Part shown: positions 46,018 to 57,050 of the stretch, piece after piece
Layout of the letters: the number at the start of each line of letters is the position of its first letter
Position numbering within the stretch: the first letter of the stretch is position 1
Assembly (NCBI GenBank): GCA_963555825.3
Contig: CAUVXB020000002.1
Span: forward strand, 3,296,001 to 3,360,000
DNA length: 64,000 nucleotides
Direction: 5' to 3'
Origin: Alphaproteobacteria bacterium
GTDB taxonomy: Bacteria; Pseudomonadota; Alphaproteobacteria; JAAXGF01
Notes under the pieces: model-generated
The model's input: only the letters and a program-made list of their open reading frames with translations
What the model was told of the DNA's origin: nothing
The model's database searches: none
Translations under genes and position numbers: made by a program

Positions 46018-47180
46018 TACCAACGGCGCAAAATTCTGACTCGCAAGGGATTCCCTTTTTGGGCTGGATGTGATTCAAGGCTGCGGCGAAGGAGATTCGC
46101 CATGTCAGTATGCATTGCTCTTCGGGACGACTACGACAGCATTGAGCTCCGGTGTTTGGCCAAGCACAGTCGCGATCCCCGCCAAGTTCGCCGGCTTTTG
46201 GCCTTGGCGGCGGTTTACGACGGCATGAGCCGAGCGGAAGCCGCTAAGGTCGGCGGCATGGATCGCCAGACGCTGAGAGACTGGGCGCACCGCTTCAACG
46301 ATGAAGGGGCAGACGGCTTGAAGAACCGTCCCGGTGCGGGCCGCCCCCGGCTCTTGACCGACGAGCAGATGGGCGAACTGTCGGTGATCGTCGAAACGGG
46401 CCCCGATCCAGAGATTGACGGTGTGGTTCGCTGGCGGCGGGTTGACCTGAAACGGGTGATCGAAGAACGCTTTGGCGTGATCTATAGCGAGCGGGCGATC
46501 TCCGACCTTCTCGTCGCGCTGTCCTTCTCCCACATCAGCGCCCGGCCGCAGCACCCCAAGCAGGACCAGCGGGTGATCGAGGCGTTCAAAAAAACTTCCC
46601 CCGCACGCTCGCTGCCCACCTAGCCGGTCTGCCCAAGACCAAGCGGGTCGAGATCTGGTTCCAAGACGAGGCCAGGCTGGGACAGAAGAACGGGCGTGTG
46701 CGCATTTGGGCGAAGAAGGGAACAAGGCCACGCCTGCCCGCCGATCAGCGCTACACGAACGCCTACCTCTTTGGCGCAATCTGTCCCATGGGAGCCAAGG
46801 GTGCCGCTCTCATGCTCCCCTTCGCCAACACAGCCGCCATGCAGATGCATCTCGACGAGATCAGCTGCAACGTCGCCGCCAAGGCCCATGGCGTCGTCCT
46901 GATGGACCGCGCCGGGTGGCACAGCACCGACCAGCTCAAGGTCCCCAAGAACCTCACCATCATCCTGCTGCCATCGCGCTCGCCCGAGCTGAACCCGGTC
47001 GAGAACATCTGGCAATACCTCCGCCAGAATTGGCTCTCTAACCGCGTCTTCGAAGATTACGACGCCATCATCGAGGCCGGTTGCCAAGCCTGGAACAAAC
47101 TAATCGACCAGCCCGAGACGATCATGTCCATCGGAATGAGAGATTGGGCGATTTCAGGTCAATAATTAGTGCCGTTGGTA
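46018..47180 (+). mobile_element. IS630-family element (frameshifted transposase 46102-47165)
   Basis: Ends TACCAACGGC / GCCGTTGGTA, tga duplication, A7C slippery site near 46588. Confidence 0.93.
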
Positions 47181-48402
47181 TGACTCCCCCGGACGGAAGC
47201 GCGGAATCAGTCTCTCGCTCACCCAGTCCTGATCGACGGCGTACAGGTAGTGCAGCCTCGTAGCAATCATCACTCGGCCGAGGTGTCCGCTTGGCTCCTC
47301 GGTGATCGCGTTGAAGTATCCGCGCACGGGTTCCGGAAGGCGATTGCCGACTCTGGGCCGATGCTTCGATAGTCGAGCGAGTGCCGCGTCGGCGAGTTTC
47401 CCTGCTGCGTCGTTCAATGCATCGGTGAGTGGCTCGTCCAACGCGACGATTTGAGCGGGTGCCCGCCTACGGACGGCGTTCCAGCCCTTTTCCCACAGTT
47501 CGGCGATTTCTCCTTCGCGGTCCGTCCCGTAGGTCCTTGCCAGTTCCTTCACGAGTTCGGCGACCGCGTCTTCTACTTCGTCAAACAGCCAATCCGGAGC
47601 ATTCACAAGACATCGGGCGGCGCGTTCGTGAAGGCGGATGTCTGCCTCCTCTCCTTCCGGTGAGTTTGGAACGGACCACAGGAACCACTTCCAAAAATCT
47701 GCCCGCCACGTTCCTTCCGCCGCGAGTTCCTCCAGGGCCTCGATTGCCTTCTCGGGCTGTGCGCGGGCAAGACCGCGGAATTGGTCCTGGCTCGCGCTCT
47801 CGTCCCGGATTGCCCTCGCAACGTCCGCCACCGTTCCCTCGAGCAGGTCCTGGGGCGCGAACTCCTCATCGCCAATCCATCGTGCTTCGCCCCGCCAGCG
47901 TAGAAACTCGTCACGCTCCGCGTCAGCGTCCCGCTCTACTTCCAATCCTTCGGCGAGCTCTCTCGACTTCTTGTCGAGCCGCGCCCCGGAGACCGAGAGC
48001 TTGTGCAGGCGCAAGGCCTGCTCACGGCGGATCAATGCGGGGTAGTTCGGTGGCGGGTTCCTCGGTTTCGGCTTCGGCCCCTCGTGAATCGCACATACGA
48101 TTTCGACGCGCAGGTCCCGCGGCAGCCTTGCTCCGGCCTTGCGGAACAAGCGCAACACCTCCCGCTGGAGCTCCCAGTTCCAAACGCCACGCGGTCGGCG
48201 AGTGAGGAGAAGGGTCCTCGCCAGATTGATATCGGACTTCGGATCCTCGGTCAGGGCGTGAAGTGCAAGCCTTGTGAATAGTGGCTTGCGGGACAGCACC
48301 CAGCGACGGAGCAGGTTTTCCGCGCGTGCACGGTCGATTGCAGGTAAGCGTTCGTTCAGGCCGTGGAATCAGCGCGGGCGTTTCCATTCGCCCCGGCCGA
48401 TT

Positions 48403-49284
48403 TTAGCGATTGAGGGTGCGTTTCCAATCCCGTCGCAGGGGCCGGAGCCAGACATCCTTTTTAGGCTTGTCGGACTGCCTGTCCCGGTCGTAGCGCCCGC
48501 GCCCCTGGGTGGTCCCGACGCGGGTCCAGCCGGAGGCCCTGTAAACGGCGCCGGTGTAGCGCGGGGTCTCGACGAAGGTCTCGATGAGCACGGGCGTGGT
48601 GTTGTAGCGCTCGGTCCAGTCATCGGGCAGGCGCCGGCGGATGATGGCCAGGATGTGCGAACCCAGGTTGGGGATATTGATCCAGGGCAGGATCAGGAAT
48701 CTCGGGTTGTCGACCACGAAGGGAAGGTTCTTCTCGCGCAGTTGCCGTGTCCATCCGATGAAGTTGTCGCGCGGGGCGAGCTTCCACGCGGCGGTGGAGA
48801 AGCCGAGCATGGCGAGCGGCCAGCCGTCGCGGTCGTGGACGGCGTAGCGCATCTGGGCGCCGACCAGGGTCTTGTATCCGAGATAGTGGTAGCGGGCGAC
48901 GAACTCGTTCCAGAGCTTGCTCTCCCGGGTGCCGCGCACGACGGGGCGCAGGTCGAGCGGACGGACCTTGTCGAGGGTCGTCGGGGCCGGGAACAGCGGC
49001 GCTTCGGTGTCCGGCCCGAAGACGATCGGCCCGGGCCGGTTCTGCCGTCCCTGCGGCGCCGGCAGGGCGATCAGGCCGTCCCTGTGCATGGCCAGCATGG
49101 CGACCCTGGCCATCATGTCCTTGAGGCCGCCGTCGGGCTTGAACCAGCCGATGCGCCGGCAGAACTCCTTCGACAGCATATGGCGGTTCAACGGCGGCGG
49201 CCCGGCGATCAGCGCGCGCAGCAGCGCCATTTCCCCGGCGGTGAAGTCGCGGCCGTAATAACGGCACTCGATCGCGCCGGTCAC
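48403..49284 (-). CDS. DUF4338 (DruA-like) protein
   Basis: YYGRDFT, LWNEFVARYHYLGY, RDNFIGW, NPRFLILPW, NLGSHILA, LIETFVE, YRASGW. GTG start overlaps the transposase TGA. Confidence 0.85.
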   Translation of the reverse strand: MTGAIECRYYGRDFTAGEMALLRALIAGPPPLNRHMLSKEFCRRIGWFKPDGGLKDMMARVAMLAMHRDGLIALPAPQGRQNRPGPIVFGPDTEAPLFPAPTTLDKVRPLDLRPVVRGTRESKLWNEFVARYHYLGYKTLVGAQMRYAVHDRDGWPLAMLGFSTAAWKLAPRDNFIGWTRQLREKNLPFVVDNPRFLILPWINIPNLGSHILAIIRRRLPDDWTERYNTTPVLIETFVETPRYTGAVYRASGWTRVGTTQGRGRYDRDRQSDKPKKDVWLRPLRRDWKRTLNR

Positions 49285-51944
49285 GCCGGCGCCATGAGTT
49301 CGCGCCTGCGCTCCTCGCTCATCGACCATGGCAGCCACGGCGACAGGTCGTCCGGCGGTTTGCGATCGTTCTCCGCGCACGCTGCGAGCCACGTGTCCAG
49401 CCAGCTCAGGATGTCGATGCCATTCATCGAGAGCGTGCCCACCACCGAGTACATGATCGCCGTGAACCTGGCGCCGTCCTCGCTGTCGGAACCGAACGAC
49501 AGCCGTCGCCCTATGGCCGGACCTCGTAACAATCTTTCGGCGCGATTGTTATCCAGAGGCACCTGCGGGCGGTCGACGAACACGCTCAGCCCTTCGCGAT
49601 GGTTCAGCAGCGAGCGCAGCGCCCTGCCCTGGCGCGCCTGGTCCGGCAGGCCGGCCAACTCCCGGGCGGCCTCCGCGAACAGGCCGTCGAGCGCCGCCTT
49701 CAACGCGCCCTGCGCCGCGTCGAACGCCGGCGTCTGGCGCTTGATCACGGGGTCGTAATGAGCCAACCTCGCCTCGTTCAGGCGGTAGACCGACGCGATC
49801 CGCTCGATCCATCCCTGGCACCAGTCCGTCAGTCTCACCTGGCCGGCCGCGCACTCGACAAAATCGCGGCGCATATGGGACCAACAGAATGCAAGGGTCA
49901 CTTTGCCCTCGCGAAGGCGAGCGAGTCGCTTGTAGGCGCTATAGCGATCGCAGACGATGACCGTGTCGAGGAGAGCGTCGCCGAACAGCTTCTGCGCCGC
50001 CTCGGCGCTGCGCGAGGGGTCGATATGGAAAGAGACCGCGTCATTGCTGACCGAGACCCACAGCCAGGCGCGGCTCGAGCGGTCTTCCCCGCGAAGTTCC
50101 TGGACGCGCCAGCTGGTCTCGTCGGCATGGCGCAGCGCCGCCTTGTTCTGGTGCGCAAGGATCGCCTCGGCCAGCGGCTCGAGCAGCGGCACGAACCGCT
50201 TCAGGCTGTCGGCCAGCGTCCCCGGCGAGACCGTCAGCCCTTGGGCGGACATCCACGCGGCAACGCGGTGCACGGGGCGGAAGCAGGCACAGTGCTCGAA
50301 CAGGAAGCGTGCCCAGAAGCTGGTCCCGTAGAGCGTCCTGGGGAACAGCCGCGGCACCGGGGGCGCCGACACTTCCATGGGCGACGACGCGCACTCGCAG
50401 GTCCGGCGCCAGCGCGGACGGCGGATCACGCGCTTGTAGGCCTTGACCTCGATCTCGACGAGGGTGGATTCCTCGGCGCCGTTCGGCGCATAGGGCTGCC
50501 CGCACCGGCCGCAGACGCACGCATCCGGCGGCGGGTTGTGCTCTTCGGTGCGCTCATCGAGCCCGGGCCGCTGGGTGCGGCCGTGGCCGGGCGCGCCGCG
50601 CTGCTGGCCGCGCTTGTGTTCCGAGCCCGGCTTGTCCTGCTGCTCGCTCTTGCGGCCGTAGAGCGCCCTCGACAGCACCGCCCCGGTCGCACGAAGCCTC
50701 TCAAGCTGGACTTCCAGCGTCTCGATCCGGTTCCGCGACGTCTTCGCGCCCTTGCGCAGGCGGGCGTTCTCCCGGGACAGCGACTTGATCGTAGCCTTCT
50801 GGCGCCGCGACCTTCGCAGAGCCCTGCGGAGATCGGCGTCTGCAACGGACAGCGACTTCGACAACGTCTTCCTGACCGCTCGAAGCCCGGCAAGCTCGGC
50901 CTCGAGTGCCTTCCTGATCGCGCGAAGCTTGGCAGGCTGAACCTCCAGCGCCGCTTTCCGGGTCTCCAACTTCCGCATGGTCCTGCGCAGACGGCCGTTG
51001 TCCTTGCGCAGCGCCTCGATCGTCGTCTTCTGGCGCCGCGATCGCCTCAACGCCGCGCGCAGTTGAGCAGCCTCGTCGGACGGCAGCTTCGACAGCGTCG
51101 CCCCGGCCGCCCGAAGCTTGGCGAGCCGGGCCTTCAACTTCTCCTTACCGGCTTTGGACACCTCCAGGGCATGGCGCAGCCAGAAAACCTCGTCGGACAG
51201 CGACCGGGCGCGGGCCTCGGCGTCGCCCAGTATCCTCACCTCCCGGTGGAGCCGAAGGGACTCGCTGGACAGCTTCTTCGCGGTCTCCCTGATGCGCTCC
51301 GTCCTCTCCTTCTCCTGGTCGAGGCGCGTGTTCAGCCGGGCGTTCTCCTTGTCCCGCCGGACCACCTCCTTGTCGAGCCGGCGGAGTTCCGTGCGAAGCG
51401 ACCTGACGGTCTCCTTCTGGTCCGGGGAAGGCTCCAGGACGGTGCGCCGCCGGGGCGGAGCGGGCCACGGCCCGGTCGCGCCCTCACGGGCCTTCGATGC
51501 CGCCAGGGCCTTGCGCAGCCGGGCGTTCTCCTTGCGCAGCGCCCCGGCCGTATCGAAGGCCGACGCGATGCCGGCTTCAGAAAGGAGCGTCTCCAGGCGC
51601 GCCACTTCCGCCTGCAAGGACGGCACGTCCCTTGCCGTGCGGCGGGCTTCCTTCGTCTCTTCGACGGCCTCACTCAGCCTGCGCCGGCAGGCCTTGAACC
51701 GAGACTTCCACGAACCGCCATCGCTGCGGGCGGCCACTTCCGCCCAGCGCAGCTCTTCCGCCCGCGCTTCGGCCGCGTCCGCCCGCGCCCGTTCCCGCTC
51801 ACACTGTGACCGCCAGTCGCGCGGCGCGTGCTCCGGCACCGACACGGGGGACAACCGGACCCCGCCATTACCCTCGACCAGCGTCAGGTTGGTGCCAAAA
51901 TCCTCGTCCAGAACCACCATGCGCACGACGATAGCGCATGGCAA
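49281..51944 (-). CDS. IS66 transposase with a long repetitive coiled-coil N-terminus
   Basis: YGRKSE, GAPGHGR, CxxC zinc finger, HADET, CDRYSAY, CWSHMRR, DNNRAER. About 430 aa of N-terminal heptad repeats. Confidence 0.92.
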   Translation of the reverse strand: MPCAIVVRMVVLDEDFGTNLTLVEGNGGVRLSPVSVPEHAPRDWRSQCERERARADAAEARAEELRWAEVAARSDGGSWKSRFKACRRRLSEAVEETKEARRTARDVPSLQAEVARLETLLSEAGIASAFDTAGALRKENARLRKALAASKAREGATGPWPAPPRRRTVLEPSPDQKETVRSLRTELRRLDKEVVRRDKENARLNTRLDQEKERTERIRETAKKLSSESLRLHREVRILGDAEARARSLSDEVFWLRHALEVSKAGKEKLKARLAKLRAAGATLSKLPSDEAAQLRAALRRSRRQKTTIEALRKDNGRLRRTMRKLETRKAALEVQPAKLRAIRKALEAELAGLRAVRKTLSKSLSVADADLRRALRRSRRQKATIKSLSRENARLRKGAKTSRNRIETLEVQLERLRATGAVLSRALYGRKSEQQDKPGSEHKRGQQRGAPGHGRTQRPGLDERTEEHNPPPDACVCGRCGQPYAPNGAEESTLVEIEVKAYKRVIRRPRWRRTCECASSPMEVSAPPVPRLFPRTLYGTSFWARFLFEHCACFRPVHRVAAWMSAQGLTVSPGTLADSLKRFVPLLEPLAEAILAHQNKAALRHADETSWRVQELRGEDRSSRAWLWVSVSNDAVSFHIDPSRSAEAAQKLFGDALLDTVIVCDRYSAYKRLARLREGKVTLAFCWSHMRRDFVECAAGQVRLTDWCQGWIERIASVYRLNEARLAHYDPVIKRQTPAFDAAQGALKAALDGLFAEAARELAGLPDQARQGRALRSLLNHREGLSVFVDRPQVPLDNNRAERLLRGPAIGRRLSFGSDSEDGARFTAIMYSVVGTLSMNGIDILSWLDTWLAACAENDRKPPDDLSPWLPWSMSEERRRELMAPA

Positions 51945-54009
51945 ATCGCGTTACCAGCAGAAAGACAGCACCTTGTGGGGCCTCGCCTCAACGTGGGAGA
52001 TGCGCTTGACGGGACCCATTCCACGGCCTGAACGAACGCTTACGATTGCAGCGACCTCAAGATAGGCATCCCGCACCAGGTCAATCAGATGGCCCAAGCC
52101 CCCAGTCTCGCGGTGCCGGTTCTGGTCATGTGCCTTGATCGAAGCCCGGCACAAAGATGAATCCGAATAGATCGCGTCGTCTTCCTCTGCAAGCGCGAGC
52201 GCCTGTTCGAGGTGGGTCGTCAGCCTCTCCGCGTGGCGCGCGAGTACGCCTTCCTTTCGGAGGATCCTCTCAACATAGAACTCGGTGTTCTCGCCTCCGA
52301 CCACCAGCTTCGGATGGCCGCACGCGTCGATGGGCGCGATGGGTTCCGTGTTTCCGTCGAAGTACCGTGCGAATTGGACGTGGGTGGTAGGCCCCGGGAC
52401 CACGATGAGTTCTGGTGCCAGATCCGCAATGACCTCATCCTCGACGCGGCGCCGTTCTGGGTCGGAGGCCGCTGCCAAGTAGTGCTTGGAGCTCCAGAGG
52501 ACTCCCCTGAGGTTTCTCGGTTCGTAGTTCGACAGGATCGTCCAAAGAAGCCTGAGTCGCGGCGGGATGGGTGACTTGGCGTCGCTGAGGTTCGCCTCAA
52601 CCATGTCCCGCAGAGCCGGGTGCATGCGTCCGCCGTTCTTCAACATCCAGGCGAGGACCTGCGGCACGTGCAGGTGACGAGCAATCCAGTACGCGAGGCA
52701 GCGCCTCGTAGTGTCCAACGTGTTGGGGTTCTGGGACTGATATCCGCTATCGACCAACCGCACGAACGCGGGGCCCTCAGCTCCTGCGCCCGGGTTCGCG
52801 TCAGCGGCATCGCACGACAGCAGGCCCGCCTCCTGGAACGCGTCGAGCCATCTCTCGATCTTGGGGAAGTCTCCTTCGTCAACGGTAGGCGGCGCTTCGG
52901 CAAGCGCCGCCGCAGCCACCGGATCTTCCAATGCCCAGACGACGCGTTCGACCACAGGGTCGTTCGGTCCCGCCGGGAGTATGCCGATGTCGTTGAGCGC
53001 AATCTGTGGACGGGCATGGAAGGGGTCGCTTCGGATCCGGGCCCACGCGATCAAGGTCTCGCTCAGGAGGCGGTGCCCCTCCCGGTCGTCGTACAGAACC
53101 GGCCTGACGTTCTTCGCATGCCAGCTGTCGCGTGCCCTGTTCTTGCCTTCGGGTGTGCCGTTGTGGGGTGCGAACGCATAGGCGTTTGCGAAGCGCGCGC
53201 CCTTGTCGCGCTCGGCGGCAAGAGCATCGACCAGGTAGCTCATGACCGGATCGGCCACGCTGTACCCGACGAAGACGACGGTGAACTCGCGGAAGAGTTC
53301 GGTGACGAACCGAGCCGCCCAGCGCTCGGTCAGGTATGCACGCCCGAAATCGGCCGCAGTGAGGACGAGGTTCGCTCCGCCCTCGTCGGGCACGATGCGT
53401 CCGTGCAGGTGCACGAGGCTTGACCAGTTGTACCGCGTTGGCACGGGCAATTTTGGGGCGGCATCGACGCTGAGATTCGCTTCTCCGGCTTCGACAAACC
53501 GGTTGTCGAAGTTCGTTGTAACGAGGCGCGTCCCTCCTTCGGTCCTCGACAGGGTGAGTAGCGCCTCATGGACCCGAAGGGGAGCCGTTGCAGGTCTTGA
53601 GAGCCGCTCGATGACAGTTCCACGCAGCGCCTCAGGTCCCAGCCGATCGCTTCGCTCCAGCAGACTGAGCGCCTTGTCGAATTGTGGTCTCCGGCGGCTT
53701 CGATCCGGTTCATTGCGGTGAAGTGCCTCGTGTTCGACTTCATCGGCCTCGATTCGGTTCGCTTCGTAGACGTGCTCCACCAGCTCCTCGAAGTTGGGGA
53801 GATTCGACCCATCCCCGACCGAAACCCCCGCACCGCAGAAGAACACCACCGAACCCTCATCGACCTCATTCATGAGGTGGACTGGGATCCTCGGGCCCTC
53901 GGGTACGAGTTCAGGCATGGCGGATCCTTGCTTGCTCTTCTCTCATCGTGCTCGTTCCGCGGAGTCGTGTAGCCGGTTCCAGGTCGATGCAACCCATCGC
54001 AGTTCACCC

Positions 54010-54150
54010 ATTAGGGCACGACAGGCGTGATGAGCGTACCGATGCTGTCTCCGACCCGAGAACCTGACGCCTTCACAGATTCGTTCGCCAGGTGCGCATA
54101 GCGAGCGGTAGTCTGAACCTGCGTGTGACCGAGGAGCTTGCCGATCATCG
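54010..54150 (-). pseudogene. Tyrosine recombinase extreme C-terminal fragment
   Basis: MIGKLLGHTQVQTTARYAHLANESVKASGSRVGDSIG. Confidence 0.85.
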
Positions 54151-55525
54151 GAGCTATTGTCAAAAGTTGTGTATGGGCTGATCATGCGGCGGCGCGATCC
54201 TGGCGTTCTCCATCTACGAATTTGACGCCGCGAATGATCTCGGCGAGATGGTTCGATCCATCGAGTTTTCTCCATTTTCTCTGAGCGCACTGGCATAGTT
54301 TGAAGACCATGGCCATCGCCGTCTTGCGCGACAGGCAGCCCTTGGTCCGGTAGGTGCGCAGACGAACCGTGGCGAACGTGCTCTCGATGGGGTTGGTCGT
54401 GCGTACATGCTTCCAGTGCTCGGCGGGGAAGTCGTAGAACGTCAGCAGGACGTCGCGGTCCTTGGCCAGGCAGGCCGCGGCCTTGTCGTACTTCGGCCCG
54501 TAGGCTTCCAGGAAGAAGTCGAAGGCGCTCTCGGCATCCTTCCTGGTTTCGGCCATCCAGATGTCTTGCAGGCGCCCCTTGGCTTTCTTTTGCAGACCCT
54601 TGGGCAGCTTGTTCAAGACGTTGCCCGTCTTGTGAACCCAGCAGCGTTGCTCGCGGGCGCCTGGGTAGACTTGGCGGAGCGCCTTCCAGAAGCCGAGCGC
54701 GCCGTCGCCGAGCGCCAGTTGCGGACCCATTTCAAGGCCGCGCCGCTTGAGATCGAGCAGAACTTCGAGCCAGGACTGCTCACTTTCGCGATAGCCGTCG
54801 GCGATGGCGATCAGTTCCTTCTGTCCCTTGTCCGTGGCCCCGACGATCACCAGGATGCACTGCTTCTCTTCCTCCATGCGGGCGCTGAAATAGATGCCGT
54901 CCACCCAGAAATAGACGTAGCGCTTGGCCGTGAGGTCGCGCCGTTGCCAGCGCTCCGCCTCAACCCCCCAGACCTCTTTCAGCCGGGTGATCGTGGAGGC
55001 CGAAAGCCCCGGCGCGGAGCTCCCCAGGAGCGCCGCCAAGGCTTCCCCGAAGTCGCCGGTGGAAATGCCCTTCAGATACAGCCATGGCAAAAGGTCTTCC
55101 AGGCTCTTGGCGCGGCGCAGATAGCGCGGCAGGATCGCCGACGTGAAGCGGATGGCGCCGTCCCCCCGGTCCCGCACACGGGGTTGGCGCACGCTCACCG
55201 GGCCGATCCCGGTCTGGATGAAGCGTTCCGGCAGATATCCATTGCGGACAACCCGGCGGCGGCCGGCGGCGTCAACAAGCGCCGCATGGCTACCCAAAAA
55301 CACGGAGACCTCGGCCTCAACGGCTTGGGCCAACAACTCGCGAGCTCCAGCTTGTAGGACTTCCGTCAACGGATCTTTCTGAAAATCAGATGGGTTTTGA
55401 AAAGCAACAACGGTATTCTCTTTCATGGCGTATCCTTCCTTGGCTTAGCTCAAGTGGTGACATCAACAATCACCAGGATACGCCGCCTTCATTTCAACGC
55501 CGTACACAAGATTCGGTTATAGCTC
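54151..55525 (-). mobile_element. IS256-family element, copy 2
   Basis: Same 1375-bp element as 26405-27779. 9-bp TSD cgatcatcg. Confidence 0.95.
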
Positions 55526-55528
55526 CGA

Positions 55529-56437
55529 TCATCGGCACTCCACCTCAGTCCAGGGGCCTCCGGGAGGCCACGAGGCAACCTCTGTGCGGGCCAGCACGGG
55601 CTGCAGGAAGGTGCGCAGATCATTGTTGACCTGGACGAGTGAAGCGGACGCTATTGCGAGCCGGTCGCGCGCCAGGAAGGCCCGCCACTGGGCTTCCTTC
55701 TCAAGGGCAAAACTATCGCTGAGGCCGACAGGTACTTGTTCCGGCAAGGGGGTTCGGCGTCGCTCGAAGGTCCGACGGATGGCGTCCGCCAGGTTGTCGC
55801 CTTCGAACGCGAATGTCTGCGCGATCATCCAGAGGTCGTAGAAATCCTTCATGCGGCTGTTCGCGATACCGAGCGAGACGATCGCTTCAGTCTTCTCGGC
55901 GACGACCGTTTCAGGGGGATAAGCGCGTAGGACAGGCGCGGGCGCGTCGAGAAGGGCCGGGTATTCGATCTCGATTGGCTCAGGCGTGATCACGTCGCCA
56001 AAACCGACGTCGATCTGGATGGGCAGTCGCGCCCCGGCGATGGTTGCGCCGGTTCTGACGCGCACACCGGGATATTCGTCTTCGTCGCGGATTGGAGCGG
56101 CTTCGACGCCTGCAACGTCGAAGACGACCCCATCGTCGGGTACCTCCACAGAACAGATGGAGCGGATGCTTGCCGCAACCATTGCGGGATCGGGATCGCC
56201 ATGACCCAGCAGGTCAAGGTCACGGGTCGGTCGGAAGGGATCGTCCTGCCAGATTGCGAAGAGCATCGCACCCTTCAGGACAAACCGTTCGCGCTGGTCG
56301 GAGACGCTGAGTCGGTAGAGCAATCGCTCGAGCGCGTAACGGGTAAGGAGAATTTGAAAATCGGTCTGTTCGACGCGGGCGCGCGCGAGCAGTCGGGCGC
56401 GCACAGAGGCGCCGATATTGCGAAGCTCACGTGCCAT
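55529..56437 (-). CDS. AbiEii nucleotidyltransferase toxin (type IV TA)
   Basis: ERLLYRL, FVLKGA, RPTRDLD, AEK, NSRMKDFYD. Confidence 0.92.
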   Translation of the reverse strand: MARELRNIGASVRARLLARARVEQTDFQILLTRYALERLLYRLSVSDQRERFVLKGAMLFAIWQDDPFRPTRDLDLLGHGDPDPAMVAASIRSICSVEVPDDGVVFDVAGVEAAPIRDEDEYPGVRVRTGATIAGARLPIQIDVGFGDVITPEPIEIEYPALLDAPAPVLRAYPPETVVAEKTEAIVSLGIANSRMKDFYDLWMIAQTFAFEGDNLADAIRRTFERRRTPLPEQVPVGLSDSFALEKEAQWRAFLARDRLAIASASLVQVNNDLRTFLQPVLARTEVASWPPGGPWTEVECR

Positions 56438-57050
56438 CGGCGACCATCGCTTCGACATAGGGCCGCATCACGGACCAGACACGCGCCGTGCGAGCGAATT
56501 CCCAGAGCTGGTCGGGTGTGACGCGCCCGCTGCGGAGTCCTTCGCGGAGTCCTTCCAGCGCGATGTCGAGTCCGATCTTGTTGCGATACCGGAAGCAGTC
56601 GACGATCGACTTGGCGGGCTCGAATATTGGGACCTCAATACCCTCGATGAGATGCCGCTTCACCCCTCCCGCGAGGGCGTGGCCGCTGAATCGCACGAAG
56701 TGGACCGGGGGGTATTCGACGTTGGGCTTCCATCCGGTGCGGTCGATGGCGATCCAGACAGCGGAGGGCATTTGGAGTGTCAGTTCATGAAACTGGAGCG
56801 CGGATGTAAGGCAGATCACTCCCCTGGGTACGCGGGCTGAGGCTTCTGCAAGGCTGCGTCGGGGATCCGGAATCGCGTCGACGAACTGATAGAGGCCGCG
56901 CGCAACGCGCGCCACGACGCCCTCGCGAACCAGCCGGGCAACGGTCTCGGGCCCAACGCCAGCGTTGCGAAGATCGCGCATGCGGACTAGTCCCCTCTGG
57001 CGACAGAGACACAGGACCATGTCGCGCTGTTTCGTCGGATTAGGTGACAT
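56427..57050 (-). CDS. AbiEi antitoxin (type IV TA)
   Basis: RVARGLY, ICLTSALQFHELT, SIVDCFRYRNKIG. Overlaps the toxin start. Confidence 0.9.
   Translation of the reverse strand: MSPNPTKQRDMVLCLCRQRGLVRMRDLRNAGVGPETVARLVREGVVARVARGLYQFVDAIPDPRRSLAEASARVPRGVICLTSALQFHELTLQMPSAVWIAIDRTGWKPNVEYPPVHFVRFSGHALAGGVKRHLIEGIEVPIFEPAKSIVDCFRYRNKIGLDIALEGLREGLRSGRVTPDQLWEFARTARVWSVMRPYVEAMVADGT

Larger units (their letters stand above)
48344..52043 (-). mobile_element. Complete IS66-family element (3700 bp) carrying a passenger gene
   Basis: Perfect 26-bp TIR GTAAGCGTTCGTTCAGGCCGTGGAAT and 8-bp TSD gattgcag. Confidence 0.95.
45349..53918 (-). pseudogene. Dsr1-like SIR2-domain anti-phage protein (1231 aa rejoined), split by IS630 and IS66
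   Basis: SIR2 motifs FFCGAGVS, TTNFD, HLHG, FVGYS. Pieces 53918-52052, 48343-47184 and 46017-45349 rejoin in frame (3696 nt). Confidence 0.85.

Noticed and set aside
48403-49284. Complete Druantia system
   Set aside because: No DruE helicase or other dru genes are present. DUF4338 lies inside IS66 TIRs.
51951-53918. Thoeris or SIR2-HerA/pAgo system
   Set aside because: No TIR, HerA or Argonaute partner. The ORF is the 5' half of one long split protein.
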